Source of the DNA: an uncultured bacterium
GTDB lineage: Bacteria > Chlamydiota > Chlamydiia > Chlamydiales > FEN-1388
Direction: 5' to 3'
DNA: 64,000 nucleotides
NCBI GenBank assembly: GCA_964409235.1
Contig: CAYPCN010000001.1
Span: 157,520 to 221,519, forward strand
This document shows positions 1 to 9,751 of this stretch, piece after piece. How positions within the stretch are numbered: the first letter of the stretch is position 1; each line of letters starts with the position of its first letter. A program made the position numbers and the translations under genes. The notes below the pieces were generated by a model. It was not told where the DNA came from, searched no databases, and saw only the letters and a list, made by a program, of their open reading frames with translations.

Positions 1-1
1 C

Positions 2-271
2 GCGCAATGCGTAGCATTAGCAAAAGAGCAGGGAAAACCGGTCATTTTTAAAGCATCCGCTGCTGGATTAGGCGTGTTTGGCAACGATCCAAAAGTAGTA
101 GCAGCAGCATTTTATCAAGCAGCTACTGAATATCAGGACGAACTAAAAGCGAACAATGTGCAGGTTAGGTTTCAAATATTCCGCAAAGATGAGAAGGCAG
201 ATGACCGTGCAACAGCGTTTGCCAACGCATTAGGGTTAAAGCAGTTGGATCGGGATAGAGTGAGCCTATGA
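2..271 (+). CDS. C-terminal fragment of a macrodomain/PARG-like (TIGR02452/DUF2263-type) protein; the 5' end lies outside the window
   Basis: Frame 2 is open from base 2 to the stop at 269-271. The tail ...KPVIFKASAAGLGVFGNDPKVVAAAFYQA... resembles the G-x-FGNDP...VA..F motif I recall for that family. This rests on recall only. Confidence 0.3.
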   Translation, partial: AQCVALAKEQGKPVIFKASAAGLGVFGNDPKVVAAAFYQAATEYQDELKANNVQVRFQIFRKDEKADDRATAFANALGLKQLDRDRVSL

Positions 272-485
272 TAGATTTGTAGAGCCAATTGCACTGCCGT
301 TTTGAGGATTGCTACTTCAACCCCTGCTTGAAACATAAGTGTTGTACCCGAATTTTTACCATATTCAGTTCTCTTCCATGCGGTTATGTCGCAACTGTCA
401 AACTCGGGGAGCCTTGTCAGAGAGATCGTGAGCAGTAGAAGGACTCCCATAGCCGGCCGATTCGGAGTGAAGAGAACAGCTACGC

Positions 486-1919
486 TCAGTCAATATCTGT
501 GGAAAGAGCCAGTGTGTTGAGCCCCTCTTGATCTAGGCTAACGGCTGTAGCCAGTGCGGACAGATCGCGGTCAAGAGTGGTGGACGAGGGGTGGGATGCG
601 GCTTTTCGCTTCTGGTCCTTGCCGCGCATTGTCAGCAGAAAGGGGACCCCCTGAAAATCATAGGTCGAGCGCAGCTGGTTCACGAGATACCGATGGTATC
701 CTGCATCCATGAGGTGCGGCGCGTTCACAAAGAGGACAAAGCGGGGAGGATGAACATCGACCTGGGCCATGTAATAGATGCGCAATCGCCGTTCGCCAAT
801 CATCGGCGGATGATACTGCCGCATCCATTCCATGAGCGACTTGTTGAGCTTGTGTGTGGCAACCCGCTGATCAAGAGAGGCAAGAACGGTGTCAATGAGC
901 GGAAAGACCTTCTCCACATTCCGCCCTGTTTTCGCCGAAAGACATACTTTCGGGCAGTGCGCTAAAAAGGGAACCTCATGCTCCAGTCCCTTGAGAGCGT
1001 GTTCCATGCGAACGTTTTTCACAAGGTCCCATTTATTCAACGCAAGCGCACACCCCTTCCCTTGAGCTTCAATAGCACGAGCGATTTTCTTCTCTTCCGA
1101 GGTGACACCCTGCTCGCAGTTCACGACGAGGAGGCATACATCGGCACGTTCGATGGCATGTTCCGTGCGGATGGCCGCAAACTTCTCTACAACAGCATGC
1201 TCCTTAGGTTTGCGTTTGATGCCCGCTGTGTCGATCATCGTATAGGTCTGGGCCTTATGGGTGATCAGAGAATCGATGCTATCTCGTGTTGTGCCCGCTA
1301 TGGGGCTGACAATGCACCGATCCGAGCCTACGAGAGCGTTGAGCAGCATCGACTTCCCAACATTGGGCCGCCCGATGATGGCCACCTTGGGATGGCTCTC
1401 CTCAAGAGGCGAGGACGGCTGCTCGGGAATGCGTTCCAGAAGCGCTAACAGCAGTTCGGCGATCTGATAGCGGTGCGTGGCTGATGTAGGGACCATCGGC
1501 TGAATGCCAAGGCAGGAAAAAAGATAGATGCGGTCGAGGTGCGAGGTATTGTCCATTTTGTTGACGGCCAGGACAACAGGCTTCTTGGTGCGCCGAAGGA
1601 TTTTTGCGACCTCAAGGTCAAGAGACTGCGGCCCCGCCGTCCCATCGACGACGAGGATGAGGCCCTCGGCTTCTTCAATGGCGATTTCGGCCTGACGAGT
1701 GATCTCCTCCCCAAACAATGGGTCGCTAGAGAGCATCCCCCCAGTATCAACCACCTCAAAGGATCGACCAAAAAGGTCGCTCGTACCATACATCCGATCT
1801 CGAGTCACACCCTCTTCTTCATCCACAATAGCCACTCGCTTTTTTACTATGCAGTTGAAGAGAGCAGATTTGCCGACATTAGGGCGGCCAATAATAGCGA
1901 TTTTTGGAAGAGGAGGCAT
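486..1919 (-). CDS. der: Ribosome-associated GTPase Der/EngA, with two tandem GTPase domains plus a KH-like C-terminal domain
   Basis: There are two P-loops (GRPNVGKS twice), each followed by DTGG/DTAG and NKxD motifs (NKMD, NKWD). Length is 477 aa, including a roughly 40-aa C-terminal tail. Confidence 0.95.
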   Translation of the reverse strand: MPPLPKIAIIGRPNVGKSALFNCIVKKRVAIVDEEEGVTRDRMYGTSDLFGRSFEVVDTGGMLSSDPLFGEEITRQAEIAIEEAEGLILVVDGTAGPQSLDLEVAKILRRTKKPVVLAVNKMDNTSHLDRIYLFSCLGIQPMVPTSATHRYQIAELLLALLERIPEQPSSPLEESHPKVAIIGRPNVGKSMLLNALVGSDRCIVSPIAGTTRDSIDSLITHKAQTYTMIDTAGIKRKPKEHAVVEKFAAIRTEHAIERADVCLLVVNCEQGVTSEEKKIARAIEAQGKGCALALNKWDLVKNVRMEHALKGLEHEVPFLAHCPKVCLSAKTGRNVEKVFPLIDTVLASLDQRVATHKLNKSLMEWMRQYHPPMIGERRLRIYYMAQVDVHPPRFVLFVNAPHLMDAGYHRYLVNQLRSTYDFQGVPFLLTMRGKDQKRKAASHPSSTTLDRDLSALATAVSLDQEGLNTLALSTDID

Positions 1920-2061
1920 AATTTTAATTCTTTAAAGAAAGGACGAGTATAGATTGGTAATACATTTTTTGCCATTGCATTCAAGGCTTCGGCTTCCGCG
2001 CGATGATTCGTTCGGGATAGAAAGCGCGGAAGCCAAACGCCAAAGCGAGGGGCCGGCGTGT

Positions 2062-3717
2062 TCACGATCTACATGATATGTCACATCCGGTCTTTGCTAC
2101 CGGCAGCTTCCCTGTGGGACGGAACGACCCACACAGAGCGTCGAGAGCTGCTTGTTCAGCGCCAGGCATCTTTTCATAGGCAACGAGAGCTGAGGTGATG
2201 GGCTGGGGCAGCAATGCAAGCGCATACGGTGAGCCAAAGATCACATAGCGAAGCGTGCATCCAGAGGAGTACAGTTTCTGCAGGCCTTTGATCAAGGCTG
2301 GTGTAATGCCAAACGAAACAGGGGCCCGCTCTAGGTCGCAAAGCACCACGAGAAGCTCTTTTTTTGTTCCAAGAGCGCGGAGCACGCCATCGATCTCTTC
2401 GTGGCGAGGAGCTTTCGAAATCGCCGCAAGAGCGCTGTCTGGGTAGCGTACTATGAGATTGCGGACCATTGAACAGAGAGGAGTGGATCCTACGTGAAGG
2501 ATGAGCGTTGATTCAGGGGAAAACGTCCATCGCTCTCCGACATTTGTCAGGGCCTGTTGGTACAGCGTATGGCTCAGACGGAGTACCGCTTCAAGGCACA
2601 GAGAGGAACTTTCTTTAGGACGTTGATACCGACATTGCAATTCGAAGACCCTCCGTGCATGGGCGTCGATCTCTGCTGCAGAAAGGCGCTGCTCTTGGAC
2701 GGCATTGACAATAGCATCGAAGCACTGCTCATACTGGTCACTGAGTATACACAGGTCGTTGCCAGCCCGTACGGCGCGCACTGCTGTCTCGGGGAGCGGC
2801 GTTGTGCCACGAGCTCCAGCCATGATGAGATCGTCGCTGAGTACAACCGTCGTCTCTTGGCATGGGAGGGTATGGCGAAGGATGGTTTGGCACCAAAATG
2901 TGGATAGAGAAGCAGGCGTGTCTCGGCTTTCCGTCTTTGGGAGAGCGATATGCGCTGTCATCACGCAATCGACATCGCATTCGAGCGCTTTCCTGAAAGG
3001 AAGTAGCTCCACGTGTTCGAGCTCTGCCATGGAAGATTCAACAACTGGCAATTCTGTGTGCGAGTCTTTAGAGGTATTCCCATGTCCTGGGAAGTGCTTA
3101 ACACACGTGGCAATCCCATGCCGATGAAGTGTGCGTATGACGATGGCAATCTTGCGCGACACGTCTCTAGGGTTGTCTCCGAAAGAGCGGTCGTGGATGA
3201 TCGGGTTGTTGGGATTGCTGTTGACATCAGCGACAGGCCCTAAAAAGAGGGTGAGCCCCACCTCTTTGGCACTAGCGGCCAGAGCCTCGGCCCATTTCTC
3301 TACGAGCGCATCGTCGTCAATAGCGCCGATGCAAAGAGCCTTGGGCAGCTCAACAGTACCGTAATGACGCATGGAAAGACCCCATTCGAGGTCTTGGGCA
3401 AATACCAGAGGGGCTTTAGCAAGCGAAGAGAGGTAGAGAATTCGTTCTTTAAGGCCTGTTGGCGTCCACGCCCCTTTGAAGAGTACTCCGCCAACTCTCT
3501 TTGTCGAGACGAGATCGTCCACCTCTTGGACAGCCTCTGCGAAGCCTATGTTCGGTCGTTCACACCTGAGCCTCTCTTCATCGCCGTAGTCCGCAATCAT
3601 AAAGAGCATGGGTACCTTTTCTTCTAGAGGAAGAAGAGAGGGATCCGCCTCTAGGGAGTGTAGCTGGCAGAATGCCAAAAGCGCAAAAAGAAGTGGATAC
3701 ATAAACACGCCCCCCAA
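2062..3717 (-). CDS. Glycoside hydrolase family 3 beta-N-acetylhexosaminidase (NagZ-like), exported, with an extra C-terminal domain
   Basis: It carries the KHFPGHGNTSKDSH motif typical of GH3/NagZ and a hydrophobic N-terminal signal-like segment (YPLLFALLAFCQLHSLEA). The start may instead be the Met at 3702. Confidence 0.8.
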   Translation of the reverse strand: MGGVFMYPLLFALLAFCQLHSLEADPSLLPLEEKVPMLFMIADYGDEERLRCERPNIGFAEAVQEVDDLVSTKRVGGVLFKGAWTPTGLKERILYLSSLAKAPLVFAQDLEWGLSMRHYGTVELPKALCIGAIDDDALVEKWAEALAASAKEVGLTLFLGPVADVNSNPNNPIIHDRSFGDNPRDVSRKIAIVIRTLHRHGIATCVKHFPGHGNTSKDSHTELPVVESSMAELEHVELLPFRKALECDVDCVMTAHIALPKTESRDTPASLSTFWCQTILRHTLPCQETTVVLSDDLIMAGARGTTPLPETAVRAVRAGNDLCILSDQYEQCFDAIVNAVQEQRLSAAEIDAHARRVFELQCRYQRPKESSSLCLEAVLRLSHTLYQQALTNVGERWTFSPESTLILHVGSTPLCSMVRNLIVRYPDSALAAISKAPRHEEIDGVLRALGTKKELLVVLCDLERAPVSFGITPALIKGLQKLYSSGCTLRYVIFGSPYALALLPQPITSALVAYEKMPGAEQAALDALCGSFRPTGKLPVAKTGCDISCRS

Positions 3718-3776
3718 AAAAGCTTATCGTAAAAAAGGAAGATCAAGGGATCATAGAGAAAAATGCGTTATTTTGT

Positions 3777-5633
3777 ATGAGATATTTTTTTTCACAACTG
3801 CTATCTGGGCCTGATGCCCTGTCTTTTGATGGGCTGATCAAAGATGCACAGGGGTATACCCTGTCGAAGGCCCGTCGCGACCTTGCAGCTGCCATCTCCG
3901 TGGCACTGCTGTCGATACCGCAGGCGTTGGCGTACTCTATCGTGGTAGGCGTTCCTCCCATCGCTGGGATTATTTCAATGGTCTTGGGAACGGCTATCGC
4001 CTCTCTGGTGACTTCGTCGAGTCATCTCGTCATTGGTCCGAATAATGCGACCTGCCTTTTGGTGCAGGTGGCAACGACAGAAATCTTCCAGAAATTTTAT
4101 CTGGGAACAGAGGGGGCGGTGCGCACAGAACTGTCCTTTGAGCTTCTCACTGTGATGACGCTGCTCATAGGCATCACGCAAGTGGTGGCCTCGCTGTTTA
4201 AACTCGGGCGCCTGATCCAATTTGTCAGCCATGCGGTCGTCGTCGGCTATATTGCCGGGACGGCGATGGCGCTCATCGTCAGCCAGCTCTTTCCCCTGAT
4301 GGGACTACGGTGCCCTGACGATCTGGAGACCCTCTATCAGAAGGCGTTGTATCTGATTGCCCATCTGTACGAGGTTCCTTTGGTGACGGTTGCCGTGGGA
4401 GGGGCTTCGCTTGCCCTCCTTGTTGTGCTCCGCCGCTGTCGGTGGCCCCTGCTCGCCACATTGGCGATGCTGGTGGTGATGACCTCGTCTGTTGCTCTGC
4501 TGAGAGTCCTCCCACTGCCTGAGGAGTGGGGCTCTACGGTCCAGCTGATTGCCGTTGGAGACATCTCGATGTCGTCGCTGGTATGGAAGCCCCCCATCGT
4601 TGACCTGCGGATGCTCAACGCCATGCTGCCCATTGCCTTTGCGATCGCACTCATCGGCATGCTGGAGGCCAATGCGATCGCCAAGTCTATTTCTGCGAGG
4701 ACAGGACAGCGGCTCAACGGCAATCAAGAGGTGTTTGCCCTCGGCTGCTCGAATTTCTTCCTCTCGTTTTTTGGGGGGCTGCCCTGTTCAGGAAGCGCGT
4801 CGCGGAGCAGCATGAATGTGGAGATAGGAGCTGCCACTCGCTTTGCGGCCTTCTATAGCGGTCTGATCGTCGTCGTATTGGTATTCTGCCTGGGACCGAT
4901 GATTTCCATGATTCCCAAAGCTTCGCTGGCAGCGCTGCTCATTGCTGCCGCCTTTCGCATTGTGGACCTTTCTCAAGTACGCCTTTGCTGGAAGGCAACG
5001 CGTTCTGATGCCCTGGTGCTGGTCGTCACCTTTCTCTCGTGTTTGTTCTTTAGCCTGCCATTGGCATTCTACATGGGTGTGGCCCTGTCGATCATCCTGT
5101 ATTTGCGGAAAGCGGCCACCCCTCGCGTCGTCGAATATATCTACCATGAATCTACAGGAGAGATTCGCCAGGCAACAGAAGAAGCAAAGCTCTTCCCATA
5201 CGCTATTCGGCTGATCAATGTCGAAGGGGAGCTCTTTTTTGGGGCGACGGACCTATTTCAGTATGCGCTTCGAGCCATTGCCGAAGATGACATCGCCACA
5301 AGGGTGATCCTCCTTCGCTTGAAACACGTCCATGATTTAGACGCTACGACGGCGCTGGCTCTCCGTCAATTGAAGGACTACCTCCAGCAAAGTGGGCGCA
5401 GCCTCGTCATCTGTAGCGTCCCTCCGCATGTCCTCGAGCTGCTGGAAAATGTGGGGCTGATCGACGACCTTGGTCGAGACAATGTCATCCTCTTTGACAG
5501 CCGAGCCCCTCATGCTTGGCTCGAGCAATCTTTGCAACGCGCACGCTACCTGCTGCGCCATGGGGTCACAAAAGAGGGTGAGGACGCGCTCATTCCCGAA
5601 AGAATCCCGGTCGCGGAACAGGATCCCATTTGA
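3777..5633 (+). CDS. SulP-family anion (sulfate/bicarbonate) permease with a C-terminal STAS domain
   Basis: The 618-aa product has about 10-12 hydrophobic segments and the SulP-like N-terminus (DLAAAISVALLSIPQALAYSIVVG). The C-terminal part (YAIRLINVEGELFFGATD...LRLKHVHDLDATTALAL) is STAS-like. Confidence 0.9.
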   Translation: MRYFFSQLLSGPDALSFDGLIKDAQGYTLSKARRDLAAAISVALLSIPQALAYSIVVGVPPIAGIISMVLGTAIASLVTSSSHLVIGPNNATCLLVQVATTEIFQKFYLGTEGAVRTELSFELLTVMTLLIGITQVVASLFKLGRLIQFVSHAVVVGYIAGTAMALIVSQLFPLMGLRCPDDLETLYQKALYLIAHLYEVPLVTVAVGGASLALLVVLRRCRWPLLATLAMLVVMTSSVALLRVLPLPEEWGSTVQLIAVGDISMSSLVWKPPIVDLRMLNAMLPIAFAIALIGMLEANAIAKSISARTGQRLNGNQEVFALGCSNFFLSFFGGLPCSGSASRSSMNVEIGAATRFAAFYSGLIVVVLVFCLGPMISMIPKASLAALLIAAAFRIVDLSQVRLCWKATRSDALVLVVTFLSCLFFSLPLAFYMGVALSIILYLRKAATPRVVEYIYHESTGEIRQATEEAKLFPYAIRLINVEGELFFGATDLFQYALRAIAEDDIATRVILLRLKHVHDLDATTALALRQLKDYLQQSGRSLVICSVPPHVLELLENVGLIDDLGRDNVILFDSRAPHAWLEQSLQRARYLLRHGVTKEGEDALIPERIPVAEQDPI

Positions 5634-5988
5634 GGTACCCACACCGCAGCTTCTTCGTCCGATACACCCACTCTTCGTTGTTTTCGCGGAGGAGGCGGTC
5701 GCATCCGAGGATAAAGCCCTGCCCTGCTCCCCAATAGAGGATCGCGCGACGCATGTATTCGGAGCTGCTCGGGACAAAATGGCTGCGCGGGCCATCGGCT
5801 TCAGAAAGCCATTGCTGGTGAAAGCAGATCAGGTACAGGCCTGGAGAATAGGAGACCGTAGGAGGGGTGCGCCGCGGAGGTTGCACCAATGAGGCGTCGG
5901 CACCCCACGGCTCTTCAGCGTAGGTCCATACTGCGAAAAGGCTACAGAGAGCCACGGAGATGGATATCCGCACCGCTGTGGTTACCAT
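5590..5988 (-). CDS. YidD-like (DUF37) paralogue with an N-terminal signal peptide and no conserved cysteines
   Basis: Residues LICFHQQWLSEADGPRSHFVPSSSEYMRRAILYWGAGQGFILGCDRLLRE align with the YidD core (YQxxISPxxGxxCRFxPTCSxYxxxAixxxGxxkGxxLxxxRLxRC), but the Cys positions read S, S and E. The N-terminus VRISISVALCSLFAVWTYAEE looks like a signal peptide. The gene overlaps the upstream gene by 7 nt. Confidence 0.5.
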   Translation of the reverse strand: MVTTAVRISISVALCSLFAVWTYAEEPWGADASLVQPPRRTPPTVSYSPGLYLICFHQQWLSEADGPRSHFVPSSSEYMRRAILYWGAGQGFILGCDRLLRENNEEWVYRTKKLRCGYLKWDPVPRPGFFRE

Positions 5989-6944
5989 TGGTACCGCACC
6001 TGTTGCAAGGGGAACAGCTTGTAGCGCTCCAGGTAGGGCTTAGCGATCTGCTCTCGCAGTCGTTGATTGTACAGATCGGCCGCCAGGCCGGCACCAGTAA
6101 TGCCGCCAAGGTACCAGCCGCCTTCAAACCCTCCGGCGATGATAGCGGCGGCCTGCTGATGAGCCGCGAACAGCTGGACAGTAGCAACGATGAAGAGGGT
6201 ATTCATGGCCAATGCCGTTGCTGCGGTCTGATACTGGCGGACATAGAAGTAACCACTTCCTGGGAGAAGAGCATTGAGGAGACAGGCTGTTGTTGGGTCC
6301 TTTCGGCTCCGAAGGTAGGCTGCTGCAATGGCAATGGCATCGTCGCTCTCCTGCGTACCGACGCGAGCTGCCAGCGCTGGCGCTGCAGACAGCGACCCGT
6401 CATCATTCAAGGCGATCGTCTGGAATAGCGGCAACCTCGTGCGAAGGAGATCGTCAGCGGGAAGAACATTGATAAGGCGGGACGCTTCGTCGAGGCGATT
6501 GAGGTGGGAATACGCTTCGTACAGGAGGCTGATACAGTCTCTTGCGAGATCTGGATCTGTAATGCGAACGGAAGTCTGCACTTTTTCCCACAGGTCGACG
6601 GCCTCTTGGGATTTTCTTCCGAGAGTGTAGGTGAGGAGTAAGGCGTGGATGAGCTGTGCGGTGTGGGGCGGAGACGCGTCGCCGAGGAGAAAGCGCGACC
6701 GATGGAAGCAGGTGATAGCTCGGTAATAATCCCCTTCTCGGGCAAAACATCGACCGAGATGGTACTCTTGCCCCCATTGGGAGAGACTCTCTTCCTCCGT
6801 TAATGCTGGAGGAGGGGTGGGGAGCTTGCTGATCTCCTCTGGAAAGACAATGGTCGAAAGAGGTAGTGGGGGCTCCGTGGGCATTTTCACGCAGCTCACC
6901 GCTACGAACGGTGCGAGACAGACGAAGAGGAAGAGCTTGAACAT
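5982..6944 (-). CDS. TPR-containing membrane (lipo)protein with two C-terminal TM helices
   Basis: The N-terminus MFKLFLFVCLAPFVAVSC has a possible, non-canonical lipobox. The central part is TPR-like helical repeats (YHLGRCFAREGDYYRAITCFHRS...). The C-terminus has an LLPGSGYFYVRQY... two-TM module. The gene starts 52 nt downstream of the secretin gene. Confidence 0.6.
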   Translation of the reverse strand: MFKLFLFVCLAPFVAVSCVKMPTEPPLPLSTIVFPEEISKLPTPPPALTEEESLSQWGQEYHLGRCFAREGDYYRAITCFHRSRFLLGDASPPHTAQLIHALLLTYTLGRKSQEAVDLWEKVQTSVRITDPDLARDCISLLYEAYSHLNRLDEASRLINVLPADDLLRTRLPLFQTIALNDDGSLSAAPALAARVGTQESDDAIAIAAAYLRSRKDPTTACLLNALLPGSGYFYVRQYQTAATALAMNTLFIVATVQLFAAHQQAAAIIAGGFEGGWYLGGITGAGLAADLYNQRLREQIAKPYLERYKLFPLQQVRYQW

Positions 6945-6996
6945 AGGAGTACGCTTACGCTACTGACTTGCTCCCGAGGAGTGCTCATAGAGCACT

Positions 6997-9483
6997 CTAC
7001 GGGAACATGTTAGGTTCGATGTTGAGAATCGCCTTCAAGTCATCAATTTGCTTTGCCCATCCTTGTTCGTTGACTCGAGATTTTTCTTTCAGAACCTGCT
7101 CTTGGCGTTTTGTGATTTCGTCGACGTCTTCTTCGGTGTCGATGATGATAGGCCGGATGAAAATCATTAAATTTCGCTTGCCGCCCGACTGGGTCTTTGC
7201 TCCGAAGAGGTTGCCGATGATCGGCAACGAGCCTAGACACGGAATCCGATTGCTAACGATATTTTGGCTCTCTTGAATAAGCCCTGAGAGAACCAAAAAG
7301 TGGTCGGATGGCATGTGAACGCGGGTGATGGTCCTCGACTCATTGACAGTAGCAGGAGGAGCTTCTGTTCCTCCTTGGTTGGTCACCTCTTGCTGGTCAA
7401 CGCGGCTGACTCGTTGCTCAATGATCAGGGTTACTGTTTCTCTGGAGCTGATGAGGGGGGTGACCTTCAGTAAGATTCCCGTTTCTACGGTATTGTAATT
7501 GGTGGCGACGATTGCCGATGGCGATCCTGATGTTGAGTTCGCAATGGACTGTCCCTTGATCGGCGTTTGCTGCCCGACAAAGACTTCGGCGGGGATGTTG
7601 TGCTCTGTCAAAATTTTGGGGTTGAAGACAATGTGCGTCTCTTGATCGCTCTGGAGTGCTTGGACAAGGGCTCCTGTGGAGCGGAACCCATGGCCCATAA
7701 ATTTAATCTTCCTCCCCAAAGCTCCTGCCGAAAGCCCTCCAGGAGCCGGTGGTGGGATAATTTGTACGGGAGTAGATTGCTGGACACTATTGAAAGCCGA
7801 GATGAAGGGCGGAGCGTCGGGGTTGATAAAGCCAAGTTGAGACCCAAAGTTCCTCCGCTGAATTCTTCCAGCCCACTCAACGCTAAACTGCAGGGCATTT
7901 GTCAGTGTGGTCTCGAGCACGAGCGCTTCGATAAACACTTGGCGGACTGGAATGTCGATCTGATTAATAAGGCTTTTGACCTTGTCAAGACTGGCCGGCG
8001 TGCCTGTGAAGACAATGGTATTGTTGTCGTCAACGGGCTGTAAGCTGTTCAGGGTGACGATGAGATCAGATTGAGAGATTTCTGGGTTGACAGCTGCGCC
8101 GGGTTGAGGGCCACCTGCTTGGCCTCCTCCTGTGAGGCTGGTGGCAATGGCCCGCAATGCCATCGCCACTTCTTCACTCTTCCGGTATTGCAGGCGATAG
8201 ATCAAAAATTGCGTGGATTCAACCGTGCCGATGGGAAGGCCCGTGTCAAAAAGCTTCTTCCGCTGCGCTACGCGGAGGGCTGCTCTTGCCTCTTGAACTG
8301 TCATCTTGTCCAGCTGAGATCGATCAAGCCCTTGCTCGAATAACAGTCGCTTGAGTTCGTCTACGCTCAATGCTTCGAGTTCCTGCTCTGTCCTCGAGGA
8401 CTGTTCACGACGCTGTTTTTCGCGAGCCTTGGCAGCTGCTTCTGGATCAAATTTCATATTGTCGAGGAGGCCGGACTGAGAGATATTTAAATCGATGGCC
8501 TGCATGATCGAAAGACTTTTTTCGATGAGAAAGGGCGTGGAAACAATGAATACACTGTTTGACCCGGCATGGGGGACGAGGATCAGCGGTTTGTTGGCTG
8601 CCAATGGCGTGACGACGCGTTCTGCCAGAGCGACAAGAGTGGCGGGAGAGGTGTTGATGGCAACGTACTGCCCGATCTCGAGGCCGCCGGAAGGGAGGTC
8701 CATCTTCTTGATGATGCTGGCGATGCGAATGAGGTTTTCGGTCACGTCGCTGGCGACGATGGTAGAATCACCAAGAGCTTCGACGATCGCGCCTTCTGTC
8801 ACCATGGTTTTGACAATGATGGCGCATTGGTCTGCTGGGATGTTTTGGAGGACGAAGACTTGCGTGGCAATCTGTGGGCCATCGATGCCTTCGTGCTCTC
8901 GGGCAAGGCGTCCGGCCCCTTTGACAGCTGGATTGGTATGAATTAAAAAGGCCTCCCCCTCTTCAAGGACCGAATAGCCGTGAGCGCGCAAGCTCTGCAG
9001 CACCAATGCCATGACAGCTTCTAAGGTGTTAGGAGTGTCGGAAATGGTGGTGACGGTGAACTGGAGTTCTTGGGGGTTGTAGATGAAATTTTTGCCTGTC
9101 AGCCGGCTGACGTATTTGAGAACCTCGGTGATGCTGACATTGTTAAAGTTGATGACAGGCCCCTCGCCAAAGGCTCTGGAAGGGGAAGATCCTTGGGCCT
9201 GCTGCGCGGGCTGTGTGGATGGTGCGACCGCCTCTGTGGCTGCCCTTTCGCGCGCCGCTCGTTCGCGCTGCTCTTGCTCCTTTCTCTCTTTGATCTCTTT
9301 GCGTAACTTAGGGGTGCCTCTCTCTTCTGTGAGAGACTCATACGTGGATCGAGAGGGCGCTGGCGAAGAAGGCACGTCTGATGGGGGAGGGGTGAGGAGT
9401 CGTGGCTGATCTTCAGCACCAAGGTGGGGAAGAGTACAGCATGCAACTGAGCACAAGCATGAGAGAAAGAAGGGCTTGTTCAT
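6997..9483 (-). CDS. sctC: T3SS outer-membrane secretin SctC (chlamydial CdsC type) with a long charged N-terminal extension
   Basis: It has a signal peptide and an N0-like segment (INFNNVSITEVLKYVSRLTGKNFIY). The C-terminal secretin domain ends ...GLIQESQNIVSNRIPCLGSLPIIGNLFGAKTQSGGKRNLMIFIRPIII. Its position after pkn5 matches the chlamydial cluster. Confidence 0.92.
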   Translation of the reverse strand: MNKPFFLSCLCSVACCTLPHLGAEDQPRLLTPPPSDVPSSPAPSRSTYESLTEERGTPKLRKEIKERKEQEQRERAARERAATEAVAPSTQPAQQAQGSSPSRAFGEGPVINFNNVSITEVLKYVSRLTGKNFIYNPQELQFTVTTISDTPNTLEAVMALVLQSLRAHGYSVLEEGEAFLIHTNPAVKGAGRLAREHEGIDGPQIATQVFVLQNIPADQCAIIVKTMVTEGAIVEALGDSTIVASDVTENLIRIASIIKKMDLPSGGLEIGQYVAINTSPATLVALAERVVTPLAANKPLILVPHAGSNSVFIVSTPFLIEKSLSIMQAIDLNISQSGLLDNMKFDPEAAAKAREKQRREQSSRTEQELEALSVDELKRLLFEQGLDRSQLDKMTVQEARAALRVAQRKKLFDTGLPIGTVESTQFLIYRLQYRKSEEVAMALRAIATSLTGGGQAGGPQPGAAVNPEISQSDLIVTLNSLQPVDDNNTIVFTGTPASLDKVKSLINQIDIPVRQVFIEALVLETTLTNALQFSVEWAGRIQRRNFGSQLGFINPDAPPFISAFNSVQQSTPVQIIPPPAPGGLSAGALGRKIKFMGHGFRSTGALVQALQSDQETHIVFNPKILTEHNIPAEVFVGQQTPIKGQSIANSTSGSPSAIVATNYNTVETGILLKVTPLISSRETVTLIIEQRVSRVDQQEVTNQGGTEAPPATVNESRTITRVHMPSDHFLVLSGLIQESQNIVSNRIPCLGSLPIIGNLFGAKTQSGGKRNLMIFIRPIIIDTEEDVDEITKRQEQVLKEKSRVNEQGWAKQIDDLKAILNIEPNMFP

Positions 9484-9560
9484 CGTCCGTTGTGTTCCTC
9501 ATTTCAAATCTGGATTGGCATTCTTTTATCCCATCACGCCCTATTTATTTTCCATTTTTT

Positions 9561-9712
9561 CGAACAGATTCTACCAATGCGGACCTGTATACATGGCCGC
9601 GACTTGCCATTCCAAATGCGGCCTATCGATCTACATTGAGAAGCGCGATGCTACATTTTCGGGAACTGCGGCTGTACAGTTTCAAGAATATGCTGCACAT
9701 TGCACATGGCTC
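9561..9712 (+). repeat. Degenerate copy (F) of the dispersed intergenic arm/core repeat family, in the pkn5-cdsC spacer
   Basis: It shares cgaacagattctac with 41969-41983. It has a GCGATG(c)TACATTTTCGGGA core-like segment, and arms gccattccaaatgcgg (9606-9621) and gcacattgcacatggc (9695-9710) that are roughly reverse-complementary. Confidence 0.35.
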
Positions 9713-9751
9713 ACGCGGCTTCGATGCCGCATGCCAGCCTCGCTCACGAAC

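Noticed and set aside
172-450. A 92-aa minus-strand ORF in the first spacer
   Set aside because: It overlaps the 3' end of the better-supported plus-strand fragment. It has no SD or motif, and part of it is antisense to coding sequence. I left it unannotated.
6979-6997. A perfect 8-bp hairpin (GAGTGCTC-ATA-GAGCACTC) at the cdsC stop, considered as a rho-independent terminator
   Set aside because: No U-tract follows on the transcribed (minus) strand, and the stem overlaps the stop codon. It is noted under the pilotin-candidate finding but not annotated as a terminator.
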